This document shows, piece by piece, positions 19,371 to 32,088 of a DNA stretch of 64,000 nt. A program made the translations under genes and the position numbers. The DNA lies in contig RQSC01000033.1 of the NCBI GenBank assembly GCA_013416795.1, positions 162,280 to 226,279 of the forward strand, written 5' to 3'. The DNA is from Prasinococcaceae sp. CCMP 1430. Taxonomy: Eukaryota > Plantae > Prasinodermophyta. Each line of letters starts with the position of its first letter. The first letter of the stretch is position 1. The notes under the pieces are model-generated. The model did no database searches, was not told the origin of the DNA, and saw only the letters and a list, made by a program, of their open reading frames with translations.

Positions 19371-20776
19371 CTAGAGCTCGCCCATCGCTTGGTCCATGGC
19401 GTCCGCGAGGAAGTCCGCGTCGGCCATGGTCATGCACATGGGCGGCTTGATGCGGAAGACGCTCCCGTTCATCCCGCCCTTGCCAATGAGCACCCCCAGC
19501 TCCTTCATGCGCTCGAAGACCTGCGCCGTCTCCGCTGGGGCGTGCTCCTTGGTCGCGCGGTCCTTGACGAGCTCCATGCCGAGCATGAGGCCGTCGCCGC
19601 GCACGATGCCGATGACGTCGTGCTTGTCTTGCAGCTCGGTCAGGCGGCGCTTCAGGTACGCGCCGACGATGGCGGCGTTCTCCTGAAGGCCGTCCTCGTC
19701 GATGGTCCGGAGCACCGCGCGCCCCACGGCGCTCACCACGGGGTTGCCGCCGTAGGTGTTGAAGTGCTGCGCCCGCGTGAGCGTCTGCGCGATCTCGGGG
19801 GTGGTGACGACCGCCGCGAGCGGGAAGCCGTTGCCGATGCCCTTGGCCATGGTGACGATGTCGGGCATGACGCCCGCGCGCTCGAAGCCCCAGAAGTGCG
19901 AGCCCATGCGGCCGAAGCCCGTCTGCACCTCGTCAGCGATGCACACGCCGCCGTGCTCGCGCGCCAGGGCGTGCGCCTCCGGCAGGAAGCCGTCGGCGAA
20001 GTCGACCGTCCCGCCGTAGCCCTGCACGCTCTCCGCGAAGAAGCCCGCGATCTGGCCGCACGTCGAGGCCTGGATGGACTCGCGGAACTCCCTGACGTAG
20101 GCCGACGCGTCGTTGCCGAACGCGCCGCGGTACGGATCGGGGTTCATCGTCTGGTGGACGCCGTTGCCGGCAATCGAGCCGCCTGGCATGTTGTACTTCC
20201 AGGTGTGCATGGCCGTCAGCGAGTTGGTGGCCGGAGACGCGCCGTGGTAGCTGTTGCGCAGCGAGAAGAGCGCCTGGTTGCCCGTGTAGAGGCGCGCCAT
20301 CGTCATCGCCATGTCGTTGGCCTCGCTGCCCGAGTTGACGAAGTACACCACCTTGAGGTTGCCGGGCATGCGGGCGGCGAGCTCCTTGGCGTACATCGCC
20401 GTCTGCTCGCCGAGGTAGATGTTGGTCGTGTGCTGCAGGCGGCTCATCTGGTTGTAGGCCGCGCGCAGGATCGAGGGGTGCGAGTGGCCCACCGACACCG
20501 TCACGATGCCGCCGAAGGCGTCCAGGTAGCGGCGCCCCTTCTCGTCGTACAGGTACTGCATGTGGCCGTCCGTGATCATCACGGGCTGCTTGTAGAAGTG
20601 GTTGAGGGCGGGCGACATGTGCATCTTGCGCGCCTGCCACACCTCCTCCTTGGAGGGGCCGGTGTACGGCGGCGGCGTGTAGTCGCACGGGGGCAGCTCG
20701 GGGGGCTGCACGTAGTCGAAGTCATCGAGCGCGGGCACGGCGGCCGCCGACGCGGCCGCCGACGCTTGCGCGCGCG
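19371..20776 (-). CDS. AGT2: Alanine-glyoxylate aminotransferase 2 (class III PLP aminotransferase); 5' end lost at N20777
   Basis: MQYLYDEKGRRYLDAFGGIVTVSVGH, VYFVNSGSEAND, IADEVQTGFGRMG, PDIVTMAKGIGNG (PLP lysine) and FRIKPPMC. Confidence 0.95.
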
Positions 20777-20777
20777 N

Positions 20778-21720
20778 TTCACCGCGCGCTGCTCCCGCCA
20801 CCGGGTCAAAGAGGCGCCGACGTGCGAGCTGTGCCTGGAAAAGGGCACGAGCGAGCGGCCCCTGGGGGAGTTCGAGGGAAAGCGCCTCCATGCCGACTGC
20901 GCGGAGTGGTGCCCCGAGGCGTACCTGAACGAGGACGACCAGCTGGTCAACGTGGCCAAGTCGGTCGCTCGTGCGAAGAAGCTTGGCTGCGCGTACTGCC
21001 AGAAGCCTGGCGCGGCGCTGGGCTGCTCGCGCAAGGGCTGCCCGGCGTCCTTCCACCTCATGTGCGTCGAAGCGAGCGGTGGCCTGCTGCAGAAGCAAAG
21101 GTTTACGGCGCGGTGCGAGCAGCACGCTTTGCCGCGCGTGAGGGAGCAAGAGATGCGAGAGCGCCGAGAGGCGGAGGACGCCGGTGGTGCGGATGACCCT
21201 GCGTCTGTTGAGCCGGACGACGGCAGCGGCGGTGTGGACCAAGAGCTCTTGGCATGGCCTCTGCAGCCGCCGGCCCCTCTACCGGCTTCGCAGCCGCCGC
21301 GACGGACGCCGCCCCGACGCGCTTTCAAGAAGCGGTGTGCGGCGGTCGGACTGCAAGAGGACTCGAGCGAGGACGATGACGTGCCGCTCGCTCAGAGGCC
21401 GCGTGGGCCAAAGAGCACGCCATCGGCCGCGCCGCAGCAGCGGCGGCTCGTCGCCGCCGCCGCTGCTGCGCAGCAGCAGTCTTTGCAGGCGGGCCTTGGC
21501 GACGAGGGCAGCAATGGCAATGAGCAGGATGTGCAGCGCTCTCGCGAACCACAAGCTGCCAACACGGCCGGGGAGGAGCAGAACGTGCCGCCGCATCCGG
21601 TCCTCCCGCCCAAAACGACATCACCTGCACGAGAGACGTCCACCGGTGCTGGCCTTGACGATACGCACTCGCGCTCGCACGCGCGCGGCGCGCGCTCGCC
21701 CGCCGTGTCAACTCCAATGC
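20778..21720 (+). CDS. Extended PHD (zf-HC5HC2H) chromatin protein fragment; both ends uncertain
   Basis: CELC...LHADCAEWCPE...RAKKLGCAYCQKPGAALGCSRKGCPASFHLMC...RCEQH, followed by a low-complexity tail. Confidence 0.82.
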
Positions 21721-22579
21721 ATACAGACGTCAACTCCAATGCACGGACCGGACCGGACAGACAGAGGGTGCTGCCGATCCGGACACACGTTTTTTTTCTC
21801 CTCCCACCCAAAGCTCCTTTTTCACTTTATTTGTTGTTGTTGGTTTGGCTTATTTGTTGTTGTCGACCAACAGGAGCCTTCGATGGATTGAATGAAAAAG
21901 GGAAACGCCAGGCTTTTTTTCCCGCGACCGACTCGACTCGACGAGGGCGGCCCGCGGATCGGATTCGCGCGCATCCCGAGAGATCCCGGGCGTGCGTTCG
22001 AGCGAGCGCCCCGTCCGTGCCTGGATGTGCCCCGCGTCGCGTGGCGCGACGGTACGGGGGCTGTGCCCATTGGAGGTCGGGCCTCGGATGTGATGTCGGT
22101 CGGTGAGGTACGCACCTCGGGGACGCGCCTCGCGCCGTGACGTGTCAACGAACGAAGCGCGTGGATCGACCGACCCGCGCGACGCGCCTCGGCAGAGGCG
22201 GTCGCGCTCCGCGCAAGAGGGATTTCCTGGATGTTCTGCCGCGTCCCAGCGCCACCTTCCGCGAAGTCCAACCTGTCATTTTAAACCCTAATTGAAAAAC
22301 CTTATTTCCTGCGCCGGGGCGGATCAGGATTGAACCTAAACCTCGGCGCCGGCCGGCCGGCCGGCCGCGCGCGCGCGCGCGCGCTCTTTTCCCGAGATCT
22401 TTTTTTCGTGATGGCGGGAAAAGGGCGGGGACGGCGCCCCCGCGGGGCAGGCACGGATCCGACCGCCTCGGCTCCCCCCCTCCCCCCCCCCCCCTGCCCT
22501 GCCCTGCCCTCCCCTCCGCTCCCCTTCCCCGCAACCTCCCTCCGCGCTGGCTGGCGCGCGCGGGAGGAGGGGCGGCGAG

Positions 22580-23563
22580 GCGCGGCTCGCCGCCGCGGCC
22601 AAGGCCGCCGATGCCGCCGCCTCCCTCGACATCGACCTCAACGCGCACGCGGGCGCGCTGCGCACCGCGCTTGCGGGCGCCACGCCGCAGCTGCGCGCGG
22701 CGGCCGACGCGTTCGCAGCGGTGCCTTTCTACTGGGCGCTCCTCGGCCACTGCGTCGCGATGAACCTGCTGTTCAAGGGCAAGTACCGCGACAACTGGCT
22801 CAAGTCCTTCTGGGTGGCGTTCATCGGCGCCTTCGGCGGTGGCACCATGATGAACCTGCTGAGCTACCAGCCCGTGTCGTGGCTCGCGGACAACAACATG
22901 GTGTACATGTTCTTCGCGGTGTGGTACGCCATCAACTACCTGCCGTCCTTTGGGCTGGTGCCCGCGCTGGCCAACTTCGTGCCCGTGCGCATCGCAAGCA
23001 AGGCCGCCTCCACGCTGCTGCGCGCGCAGCTGCTCATCGCGATGGTGGACGCGGGCGTCAAGGCGCACCCGGGGCAGTGGTACACGCCCCTCTTCTACGG
23101 CACGGTGGCGGCGACAGGCGGCAAATTCATCGCGGACGCGGTGGCGGCGATCAGCGGCGAGAGCACGCTCAGCAGTTTCTACATGCCCGAGTGGGCCGTG
23201 CGCTCGGGCTTCATCGGCTCGGTCGTGTACGTGCTGCTCGCCTACTCGCCGCTCGGCGACTACGAGCCGCTGCTGGAGGCCGAGCTCGCGGCCGCGGCCG
23301 TGACGACCCTCTTCCTGGCGCACACCGTGGCGAGCGATCTGCTGGACGATCCCCTGGATTGGACCGCACCCTTCGAGTGGATCTTCCATCTCGTCACGCG
23401 CGTACCGCCCTCCAAGAGCGACGCCATCTTCGACGAGGCGGTGGCCGAGGCCACGCCCAGTGCCGGGCCGGCGCCCAGCGCGACGCCGTCGAGGATAGAG
23501 GCGCCTTCGACAAGCACAACGCCCGCACCGCCCAAGAGGCGCACGCTGCCCAAGAGGAAGTAG
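22580..23563 (+). CDS. TRIC (TMEM38-like) trimeric intracellular cation channel; start uncertain
   Basis: Multi-pass membrane protein with AFIGAFGGGTMMNLL.. P..W......WYAINYLP and the pseudo-repeat GTVAATGGKF. Confidence 0.72.
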   Translation, partial: ARLAAAAKAADAAASLDIDLNAHAGALRTALAGATPQLRAAADAFAAVPFYWALLGHCVAMNLLFKGKYRDNWLKSFWVAFIGAFGGGTMMNLLSYQPVSWLADNNMVYMFFAVWYAINYLPSFGLVPALANFVPVRIASKAASTLLRAQLLIAMVDAGVKAHPGQWYTPLFYGTVAATGGKFIADAVAAISGESTLSSFYMPEWAVRSGFIGSVVYVLLAYSPLGDYEPLLEAELAAAAVTTLFLAHTVASDLLDDPLDWTAPFEWIFHLVTRVPPSKSDAIFDEAVAEATPSAGPAPSATPSRIEAPSTSTTPAPPKRRTLPKRK

Positions 23564-23694
23564 TCGGCCTCGAGCAGCGCCATTCGCCGCATCAGTGAGA
23601 CCACAGCCGGTAAAGAAGTAGCTTATTCAAGCACACACGGAGGCGGTCTCGCGTTCGAGCTGCGGCGGGGGCCGACGCGCGGCGCTGCGTCTCG

Positions 23695-26260
23695 CTAGAG
23701 CATGGCGGCCTTGGACTCCTCCTCCAGCTCATACGCGCGCTCCGCGAGGGCGTGCGCGTACTCATCGGCGCCTTCGAGGCGCCACTCGCCACCGTCGCCC
23801 GCCCCGACCACCAGCACGCGCTCGTGGAATGCAACCAGGCTCTCGCGGTGCTGCGGCGCCACGCCCGAGCGCCAGTGCGGCGTCAGCACCCGCATCGCAG
23901 CGCGGCAGGCGTCGCAGCAGCGCGCAGCACCTGCGCAGAGCCGCGCGCGCGATATGGCACCAGCTGGGGGCGCGCAGGTGGGCAGCGGCTGCCGGGCCAC
24001 GCGGGCGCTCACTCACCGCCACGGAGATGTACGACGCGCCGGTCTCCCTGAGCGCCTCGTATGCCGCCCGCTCGGAGGCTGCGTCCAGTGCCGACGTCGA
24101 CTCGTCCAGCAGCGCCAACGAGGGGCGCGCGAGCAGCAGGCGGGCAAACGCAAGCCTCTGCTGCTCGCCGAGGCTCAGCACGCTTGACCACTCAGTCACC
24201 GTCTCAAGGCCGTACCTGTCAAGCAGGTAGCCGAGCCCGACGCGCCCAAGAGACTCGGCGAGGTCGGCGTCGGATGGCGCACCTGCAAGCTTCGCCTCAA
24301 GCATGCATGCCTCGTCGACCTCGCCTGAGCCCGACTCGGAGACGCAGTCGCTCAGGTCCCACGTGGGATACAGCAGCTGCTGCCTGAGGCTGCCGAGCAC
24401 GAGGTAGGGGCGTTGCGGGACGAAGAAGACCCCGCCGCTCGTCCGCTCGGCGGCCTGGACATCCCCGTTGCCTGCCCCGTCGGCCGCCCCGGAGGCGACC
24501 GCGCCCGCGCTGCCCGAGCGGCGTCCCATGGGAGCCGGGGCGGCGATGGAGCCCTCGCCCTCGCGCCAGAGTCCCGCGATGGCGCGCAGCAGCGAGGTCT
24601 TGCCAGCGCCCGACTTGCCGACGATGAGCGTGTGATCGCCGGGGCGCACGCTCAGAGACAGGTCGCGCACCAGGAAGCGGTCGCTCGCCCCGCCGTGCGC
24701 CGCGTGGGTGCCGGCCGCGCCATCTACGCCGCCGCCGCCGCCGCCCGGAGGTGTCACCCCGACGCCCTCGAGTCGCAGCAACACAGCGCTGCCGCCTTCG
24801 TCCCCACCTTCCGTGACCGGGGCCAGCTCGGAGCGCTCGATGGTGGGGCGCGAGTGCGCCGCCCTGCCCTCCCCGTCGGCCGCCGCAGCCTCCACGACGT
24901 CCGTGAACTCACCGAGGCGGTCAATGACGGCGGAGAACTGGGCGAGGCTGTTGAACTGGAACACGATGATTGACACGTCGCCCAGGATGTGGCTGAAGGC
25001 GCTGAAGCTCTGGTTGATGACGCCGAATTCGATCTCGTTGTTGAAGTACAGCGGCGCGACCACGGCGGCGGGCAGCAGCTGGATGATGTAGCGATAGCCG
25101 CTCGTGAAGAAGTCCAGGTTGCGCGTGGCCACCAGCAGCTCCTGGTAATTGCCCACCAGCGCGCCGAAGCGTTCCGAAAGCAGCCGCTGCTCGGATCGCT
25201 CGCCGCCGTAGAACGCCACGCTCTCGGCGTTCTCGCGCACGCGCACGAGCCCGTAGCGGTAGTCAGCCTCGCGCTTCTCCTGAGCAAAGTTCAGGCCTAC
25301 CAGATTCTTGCCGATGATGATGGAGGCGCCCGTGCCGCCCAGCGCGTACACCAGCAGCGCGCCGAACAGCGGCGGGTAGATGGACCACAGGATGCCTGAG
25401 AACGACACGAGATCGATCACCGAGTTGAAGACGCTCATCGTGAGGCCGAGCGCCGTCGAGGTGAAGTTCGCCACGTCGTCGCCCAGACGCTGGTCGGGGT
25501 TGTCGATGAGCGAGCGACTTTGCACGGAGTAGAAGGCTCGGCCAGAGAAGTAGCGCTCGGAGAGAGAGCCCGTCAGGTGCTCGCGCCAGCGCAGCGCCAG
25601 CTTCGACTGGAAGTAGTCGCGGAAGACGAACACTGGGATGCCGCCCGCCATGGCGAAGAGGTACAGCTGCAGCTGGTGCTGAAAGCGTTCGGCGTCGCGC
25701 GCCTCCAGCGCGTTGTAAAAGTCGCGACCTGCGGGCGCACGCGGTCTCGCGTCAGCGCGGGGGCGAGCACATCAGCTCCGCGCGCACGTTCGCGGCGCAG
25801 GCGCAAGCGCAGCGCAGCCGCGCGCGCCGGGGGCGGCGCCCGGGGCCGTCCCTCTCCACGCACCGAGGAAGTTGAAGCCGACCGAGACGCCCGTGGTGGC
25901 GAGCGTGAGCGCGAACACGCCCGCGAGCGCCCATCGCGCGCCGTCGCCGCCCCCATCGGCCTCCGGGCGCCAGTACGGTGCGCCCACCTCGACTGCGCGC
26001 GCGTACAGCGACCGCCAGCCGCGCGCGGCCTCGACCGACGCGGGGTCCAGAATAGGCTCATCCGTGGCGTCTGCCACCGCACCTCCCTTGTCCCCACCCG
26101 CTCCGCCCTCGGTCCCGCCATCACCGTCTCCACCGCCGCGCGCGGCGCTGCACCTCGCTGCGCGGCGCGCCGCGGCCGTGTCCCGATTGCTACCACTCGA
26201 CCGACGACGTGCTCGGGTGGCTGCGCGAGGCGTCGGCGGCCGCGCCCCGCTACGTGACAT
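23695..26260 (-). CDS. ABC transporter D family (plastid ABCD2-like); introns ~23850-24016 and ~25729-25863
   Basis: GVSVGFNFLG|RDFYNAL, IDNPDQRL, EADYRYGLVRVRENAESVAFYGGE, Walker A GKSGAGKT, signature LSLGEQQR, LLDESTSALD and YISVA|HRESL. Confidence 0.93.
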
Positions 26261-27705
26261 ACGAGGCCTTCGCTGGCGACGCTGCCGACGCGGCGCTTGA
26301 GCGCACGATGCCCGTCGTGACGCTCACAGACACGTCCGCGCCGGCGGCTGGAAAGGAGCGCGTGCTGATGGTGTTCGGCGAGCACAGCCGCGAGGTCATC
26401 ACATCGGAGGTGGCGCTGTGGTTCGTGCGCGCGATGCTGGACGCGGTCGGTGTGGACACGGGCGCGCTCGGCGCGGGCAGAGAGGCGCCGCTATCCAGAT
26501 GGGCTGAGTTTGGGCCGGCGCTCGACGTCTTCGCCGGCACGCAAGGGCTGAGCGCGGAAACAGTGGCTGCGGCGGCGGCGGGCGGTGCCAAGGCCGCGTG
26601 GGGCGCAGCGATCCGGCGCGCGCTGCTCGGCGCCGAGATCGTCATCGTACCCGTCGAAAACGCCGCCGGCAGGCGTGACATCGAGGGCGGCCGGCTGTGC
26701 GATCGCGTCGTGCGTGCGACCGGCGTCGACCTGAACCGCAACTGGCCGTACATGTGGAAGCGTTCGCCTTCCGCGCGCCGCTCGGAGACATACGGCGGGC
26801 CCGAGCCGCTGAGCGAGTTCGAGTCGCGCGCGGTGCTCGCGCTCGCACGGCGGTTCGCGCCGCTGCGCTCGTACGTCAATGTGCACTCGGGCGAATGGGC
26901 GCTCTACGTGCCGTGGGACCACAAGAGCGCCCTCGCCGCGCCCACCGATGGCCTTGCGGGCGACGCGATGGACGTGCTGCACGCGATGAATCGCTTCTGC
27001 CGCTGCAAAGCGGGCGCGGCAGGGGCTGTGTCAGGCTATCTCGCGTTCGGCACTAGCATGGACTACATGTTCACTGAGATGCGCGTGCCTTATCCGATCA
27101 CCGTCGAGGTCTTCGGCGACCACAACGAGGGCAGGACCTACGCGAAGCGCGGCGCCGACGCGGTGCCGACGACGGGTGACCATGCGCGATCGCTGGCGTC
27201 TTTCGACTTCCTCCGCCCTGGGAGGGGCTCGAGCGTTGGCTCTGGGCGGCGCTGTTACACGATGTTCAACCCTTTGAGCCAGGCTGAATACCGCGGCGCC
27301 GTCATGGACTGGGTGGCTGCGTTGATGGTCCTCGTCGACCGCATGGCCGCTGACGGCGCGGCGGGCGCAGCTGAGGCCACGGCAGGAGGTGCGAGCGTCG
27401 ACGAGGAGGCGATGGCGCAGCGGAGCGAGCGAGCGGCAGCATTGGCAGCGGACAATGAGTCGGCACTGCGCTCGGAGTACGCATCGCTGGCCTCGAGGGC
27501 GCGCGCGAGCGTCGCAAGCGCGGGAGGGGACGGTGCGAGCGAAATCGCAGCCGCGCAAAGCAGTGTGATGAGCTCGACTTCGATCGCGACCGCACCTATG
27601 GTGGTCGCATTCGGCATGTGCGTGCTCGGGGCATTTTGTGCGTTGGCGTTCAAGCGCGCGCAGAGGCGCGCGCGTGCTACGCGGCGCACGCAGGTGGCCT
27701 CCTGA
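26180..27705 (+). CDS. M14 zinc carboxypeptidase with C-terminal TM helix; 5' end uncertain
   Basis: GEHSRE (HxxE), GVDLNRNW, GPEPLSEFE, NVHSG and TVEVFG, with a hydrophobic C-terminal anchor. Confidence 0.9.
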
Positions 27706-27938
27706 GCGTTTGCGTCCCCGTCTGTATCATACAATTTTGTATCAATTCAGAGGCATCGGCGCAGCTCGCTGCCATAGCTCGCTCACGCGCGTGAGCTGCC
27801 CCGGATGCCCTCACTGCAGTCCCGGAAGTTTCTTGCACTGAGAAGCAGTCGTCTCCCGCAAAGATTCGTTTCTTCATGCATTCGTCTCCGACGTCATCGT
27901 CACGATTCTTTGACGCTCCTTTGCTTCATCGTGGCCAG

Positions 27939-29465
27939 TCAGGCATACTTGTGCGAGTCGTCGTGGTCGGCGCCTCTGTTGCTCCATTGCTCGTACTCGA
28001 CCCCGACATCGTTCTGGCCGGGCAGCGTCCCCTGCACTGCGACGCCCCCCTCGTGGGGCACGTGCTGCGATCGCCACGGCACACTGGCATGCACATAATC
28101 TTGCTTTTGCTCTGCGCCGTCGCACAGTGCTCGCATGAGCGCCTCCGAGTTCTGCTGAGGGGGGGCACGTGAGTCATGCTGGGCATTGCCGGGTGGTTGA
28201 AGGCTATGGTGGAGTAGGAAGTGATGGGACTCGTGCTGACTGTCGGCGATAGGTAGCTGACTGCCGCTGGCGCCGCGCCGTGCCGCGTCCGCGACGTCGT
28301 CGACAGCGCATTGCGCGCCGAAGAAGTGACGGTATTGACCGCCGGCGTCATGCAACCCGCCACCCCCAGTGCCTGTCAGTGCCAGCGGGCACTCAGCGAG
28401 CAGCCTCGCGACGACGTCGCAGCACTCCGAGACCACTGCCACGCACTGCGAATACTCTGCGAATTCTTGGGTGAGGATACCTGCTGCTATCCCTCCCGAT
28501 GACATCATTGAGTCGATGGCGGCCTCGAACGTGCTTGCGGTCTCAGTGATCACCACCAGTTGGCCAATCACCTCATCATCCGCGCCTAGCGCCGCGCGCC
28601 CAGGCAGCGTCTCGGCGTGCCGCGTGAGCACTCGAATTGCAGCGCTGATCACTTCGGCGAGTCGTTGCGCGCCGTGTGCCACGCGCGGCGCGGTCTCGGC
28701 GGCAGCCTCAGAGGCGAGCGTCACGCTGGGTAGCGCCGCAGCAAGGCGAATGAGGCGCTGCGCCTCAGTGGCGAGAGAGGCAAACGCCTCGCAGTTTGCC
28801 GCTGCCACGGCAGCGGCAGCCTGCGGGCTCGTAGATGCGAGTGTTGTCAGGAATTCTTGGGCGGGCTGCGGATCCGGCGGCGGGCGATCGAACGCACGCG
28901 CGTCTGAGCCCTCCGTACCGGGGGCGCGGTGGCGATAGTGGCCGAGCGAATTTCCTCCGTGTGTTGGCAGCGCCGCGTCCACCATGGCACGCGCCGCCGC
29001 GCGCAGAGCCACTTGCCATGCTCTGTGAAAGCCCTCCTCTGGCGCGTGCTCGTCAATGGTACCCGCGGGGTCGCTGCCCCCGATGCTGTTGTAAGCACCG
29101 CTGCCCCCGCAGTGCAGCGTGAGCGCCCGCAGCTGTGCGAGGCGGTGCGCTGCGCGCACGCCGGCCCCCGCCAGCCTCGGCGAGGCGCGCGCGCCACCTG
29201 CGGCGCACGCCGCGCGGACTGCGCGATCAAGCGCTGCGGCGTGTGCCTCAGGCGAGGGGGAGGGCGCACCGAACGCCCCCCTTGCGATGGCGGTCTGTGG
29301 AGGCACTCTGGAGTGTTGCGTCTGCGCGGATGTTGTGACGGACAGCCCGCTCCCGCCTCCGCGCGTGTGCCGCCAGGAGACGATCGCCAGCGCCAGCGCC
29401 GTGCGGAGGCGCAGCGTGCTGCCGGCAGTCTCGCCTTCCCGCCGAGGAGATCCTTCCGTCGCCAT
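27939..29465 (-). CDS. Hypothetical helical protein (508 aa)
   Basis: Long ATG-initiated ORF with Ala/Leu-rich helical character. No recognised motif. Confidence 0.5.
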   Translation of the reverse strand: MATEGSPRREGETAGSTLRLRTALALAIVSWRHTRGGGSGLSVTTSAQTQHSRVPPQTAIARGAFGAPSPSPEAHAAALDRAVRAACAAGGARASPRLAGAGVRAAHRLAQLRALTLHCGGSGAYNSIGGSDPAGTIDEHAPEEGFHRAWQVALRAAARAMVDAALPTHGGNSLGHYRHRAPGTEGSDARAFDRPPPDPQPAQEFLTTLASTSPQAAAAVAAANCEAFASLATEAQRLIRLAAALPSVTLASEAAAETAPRVAHGAQRLAEVISAAIRVLTRHAETLPGRAALGADDEVIGQLVVITETASTFEAAIDSMMSSGGIAAGILTQEFAEYSQCVAVVSECCDVVARLLAECPLALTGTGGGGLHDAGGQYRHFFGAQCAVDDVADAARRGASGSQLPIADSQHESHHFLLHHSLQPPGNAQHDSRAPPQQNSEALMRALCDGAEQKQDYVHASVPWRSQHVPHEGGVAVQGTLPGQNDVGVEYEQWSNRGADHDDSHKYA

Positions 29466-29975
29466 CGCGAGCCCGCCACCGCCAAGCGCGGCTGCGCCGC
29501 TGCCTGCCGTCGATGCTGCGCCACTGGCGCTGCGGAATTGAAAAGCCGCGACGAGAAAAGAAAATCACCGCCGATACCGACACTGCAGGGACGCGGAGCC
29601 GCAGCCTTCGTAGGTGCGGCACCCGGCCCGCAACGCGGCGCGGCGTTTGTGCGGCGCCCCCCGGATCTCGAGCCGCCGCCGCAGCGCCGCGGCTCCGCGG
29701 CGCAGGAGCCGGAGGGCGTGCCGCCGGCTGTATGCGTGTGGCCTGGCGCGCGCGCGCTGTGGCGCAACGGCTCGTGCACCCGCGTGCGCAACGGAGGAGG
29801 TTTCAATTTGAAGGCACGTCACATTTCAAGAAAGCGTGCAATTTGACGTGCGATCAAGAACGCAGGTCAAATTGCGTGCCCGGCATGGGCCTGGTAGGGG
29901 CTACCATCGATGGTACAAACTGTCAAATGCATTGTGATGGGGAATGGTACGTATGGATATCTTACAAGGGCGCGC

Positions 29976-31279
29976 TCAAACTCCTGTCTGCCCGAGGTAC
30001 TTGGTGCGGATGATGCGCAGGGCGCCTGCCGCAGAGCGCTCGAGCAGCGACGAAGGCGTGTTGCGCTGTATGAAGCCAATGGCCTCGAGACATTCCGGTT
30101 CGAGCAGCGCCTCGCGGCCGTCGTCGTGCTCGGCGAGGTTAGACACCAGTTGCAGCACGTTCAGCAGCAGCCTCTCGTCCGACTGGTGCGTGCGCAGCAG
30201 CTTCGCGAGCGCCGGCACCGCGCCGGACGCGATGGCGGGCTCCTTGGCCGGCTTTTCGACTGTCACGCTCATGAGCGCGCCCGCAGCCGCCGCGAGCATG
30301 CTCGGCCGGTGCGAGGCCTCGAGCATCGCGACGAGCGGTGGCACGGCGCCGCAAGTCACCGCAGCCCTCTTGGCCGCAAAGGGCACGCACGCCAGCGCCA
30401 GGACCGACGCGGCGCCTTCTCGCGTCGCGTCGGGAAGCGATTCACCGAGTAGCGCGGTGCAGCGCGCCACGCCCTCGGCTGCCAGGACTGCAGCAACGGC
30501 CTGGGGCGCGAATGGTCCCGCATCAGGACGAGCGCAGCGCCAGGGCGCGCGTGGCGTGCGCTCGCGCGATGCGTCAGCGCCGGCTCGGACGGAGCGCACG
30601 CGCGCGCCCTGGCTCGTCCGTGCGACCGGCGGACGCTCTGCGCGCCTAGCGCCGACCTCACCTTGTCATCACCCCCGCGAATGGTCCTCCGAAGCAACTC
30701 GAGCGCTTTGTGCGCCCTCTCGGCGCCTTCGAGGGTCGCCTGCGAGAGCAACATCTCGATGTTGCCCGACGAGGGCGACGCGAGCGCCACGCGCACCTTC
30801 GCGTCCCACGCGGCCTCCAACAGAGCCTCGTACGCGGCGTCACGCACATCGTCGTGTTTGTCCTTCAGCAGCTCCACGAGCTTGGCGAGCGCGCCCGTCT
30901 CGAGCAGTGCGGCGCAGCCCGTCGCATCTGACGCCAAGTACACACAGCAGCGCGCGGCGCGTTGCCTGCCGATGGCCTCGTCGTCGGAGAGCCGTGCGGC
31001 GACGGCCTCCGCGACACCCGCACCGATGCACTGAACGCGCGCTTCGGGCACGGCGAGGAGATCCAGTGCGGCGCACAGCGCTTTGTTGCGCTTCGCGAGG
31101 CGGTCCTCGTCGCCATCGCAAACCTCGGACAGCTCGCGCGCCAGCTTGGGGTACGCGAACTTGCCGAAGCCGCGCGTCACCGCGCTGGCCTTGAGCGGCG
31201 CGGGGTTCGCGCGGCTGCTGAATGACGCGATGTGGTTGCCATTGTTCTCGGCCGCCGACAGGTGCGGCCTCCACGCCAT
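29976..31279 (-). CDS. RSPH14: Armadillo-repeat radial spoke protein RSPH14/RSP8-like; intron 30501-30661
   Basis: RGFGKFAYPKLAREL...RNKALCAALDLL..PE matches the RSPH14/RTDR1 N-terminus. ARM repeats GAVPPLVAML and GAVPALAKLL follow. Confidence 0.78.
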
Positions 31280-32088
31280 CGTGGGCGCGCGCCAGCCGCC
31301 GGACTCTCCAGTGGCGCGCTGGTCGCCTGCCGTGTCCGCCCCCCGCCGCGCTGCGGCCACCCCGCACCCGCGGCCGCCGCACGCGCCAAGCTCGCTCACT
31401 CCCCCCTCCCCTGCCTCCCTCCTTCCGAAAGGGCGTCAGCGGGCACGCACGTCGGCCCAACGTGTGGCGCGCGTCCCGCCCCCGCCCTGCACCCCACCCT
31501 CTACGCCCCGCCCCCCGCGACCGCCCCCCCGCCGCGCGCGCCCGCCCACATCCGGCAGGCGTGGGGACCGCCCGGCCAGCCAGCAGCAGGGGAGCGCTGC
31601 GCGGCGGCGCCTCGCGCTCCTCAGCACAGCGCGCGCTCGGGGAACCGCATGCTTATCAAATGTACAATGTAACCACGGGCGAGCTTCCAGAGCAAGCTGC
31701 AATACGGTTGAGTTTTGATGGGCGGCGGTTCCCACGGGTCCCCACACCCGCGCGCGCCGGAAGCGGCGCGCGGCGCGGCGCGGCGGGGCGGGGCGAGGGT
31801 CCGCGTCCGCGTCCCTGTCGTGCGCCGCGTCCCGCCGCAGCGCCTCCCCGCCCGCCGCCTGCTGCTTGAACAGCTGCGAGAGCATGCCTCCTCCCCTCGG
31901 CTCTTCCCCAGACAGGAGGAGGTGAGGGGGTGAGAGTGGGGGGTGGGGTGGGGGGCACGCCGCGCGCGCCCGCCCGCCCGCCCCGTCCGCCTGTGTACTT
32001 ACGCGCGGGCGCGGGCACGCGCGCGAGCGACGGGCGCGCGCACGCGCGCCACAGTGCGCCCCGCCGCCGCACGTCGCGACCAGCAGCC

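Noticed and set aside
18936-22106. 1056-aa plus-strand ORF, and the 623-aa minus ORF 19371-21242
   Set aside because: Chimeras across the single N at 20777: the antisense shadow of AGT2 is joined to the ePHD fragment, and vice versa.
31660-31745. RFX X-box in the radial-spoke promoter
   Set aside because: GTAACCACGGGCGA is only a partial match, and RFX factors are not established in green algae.
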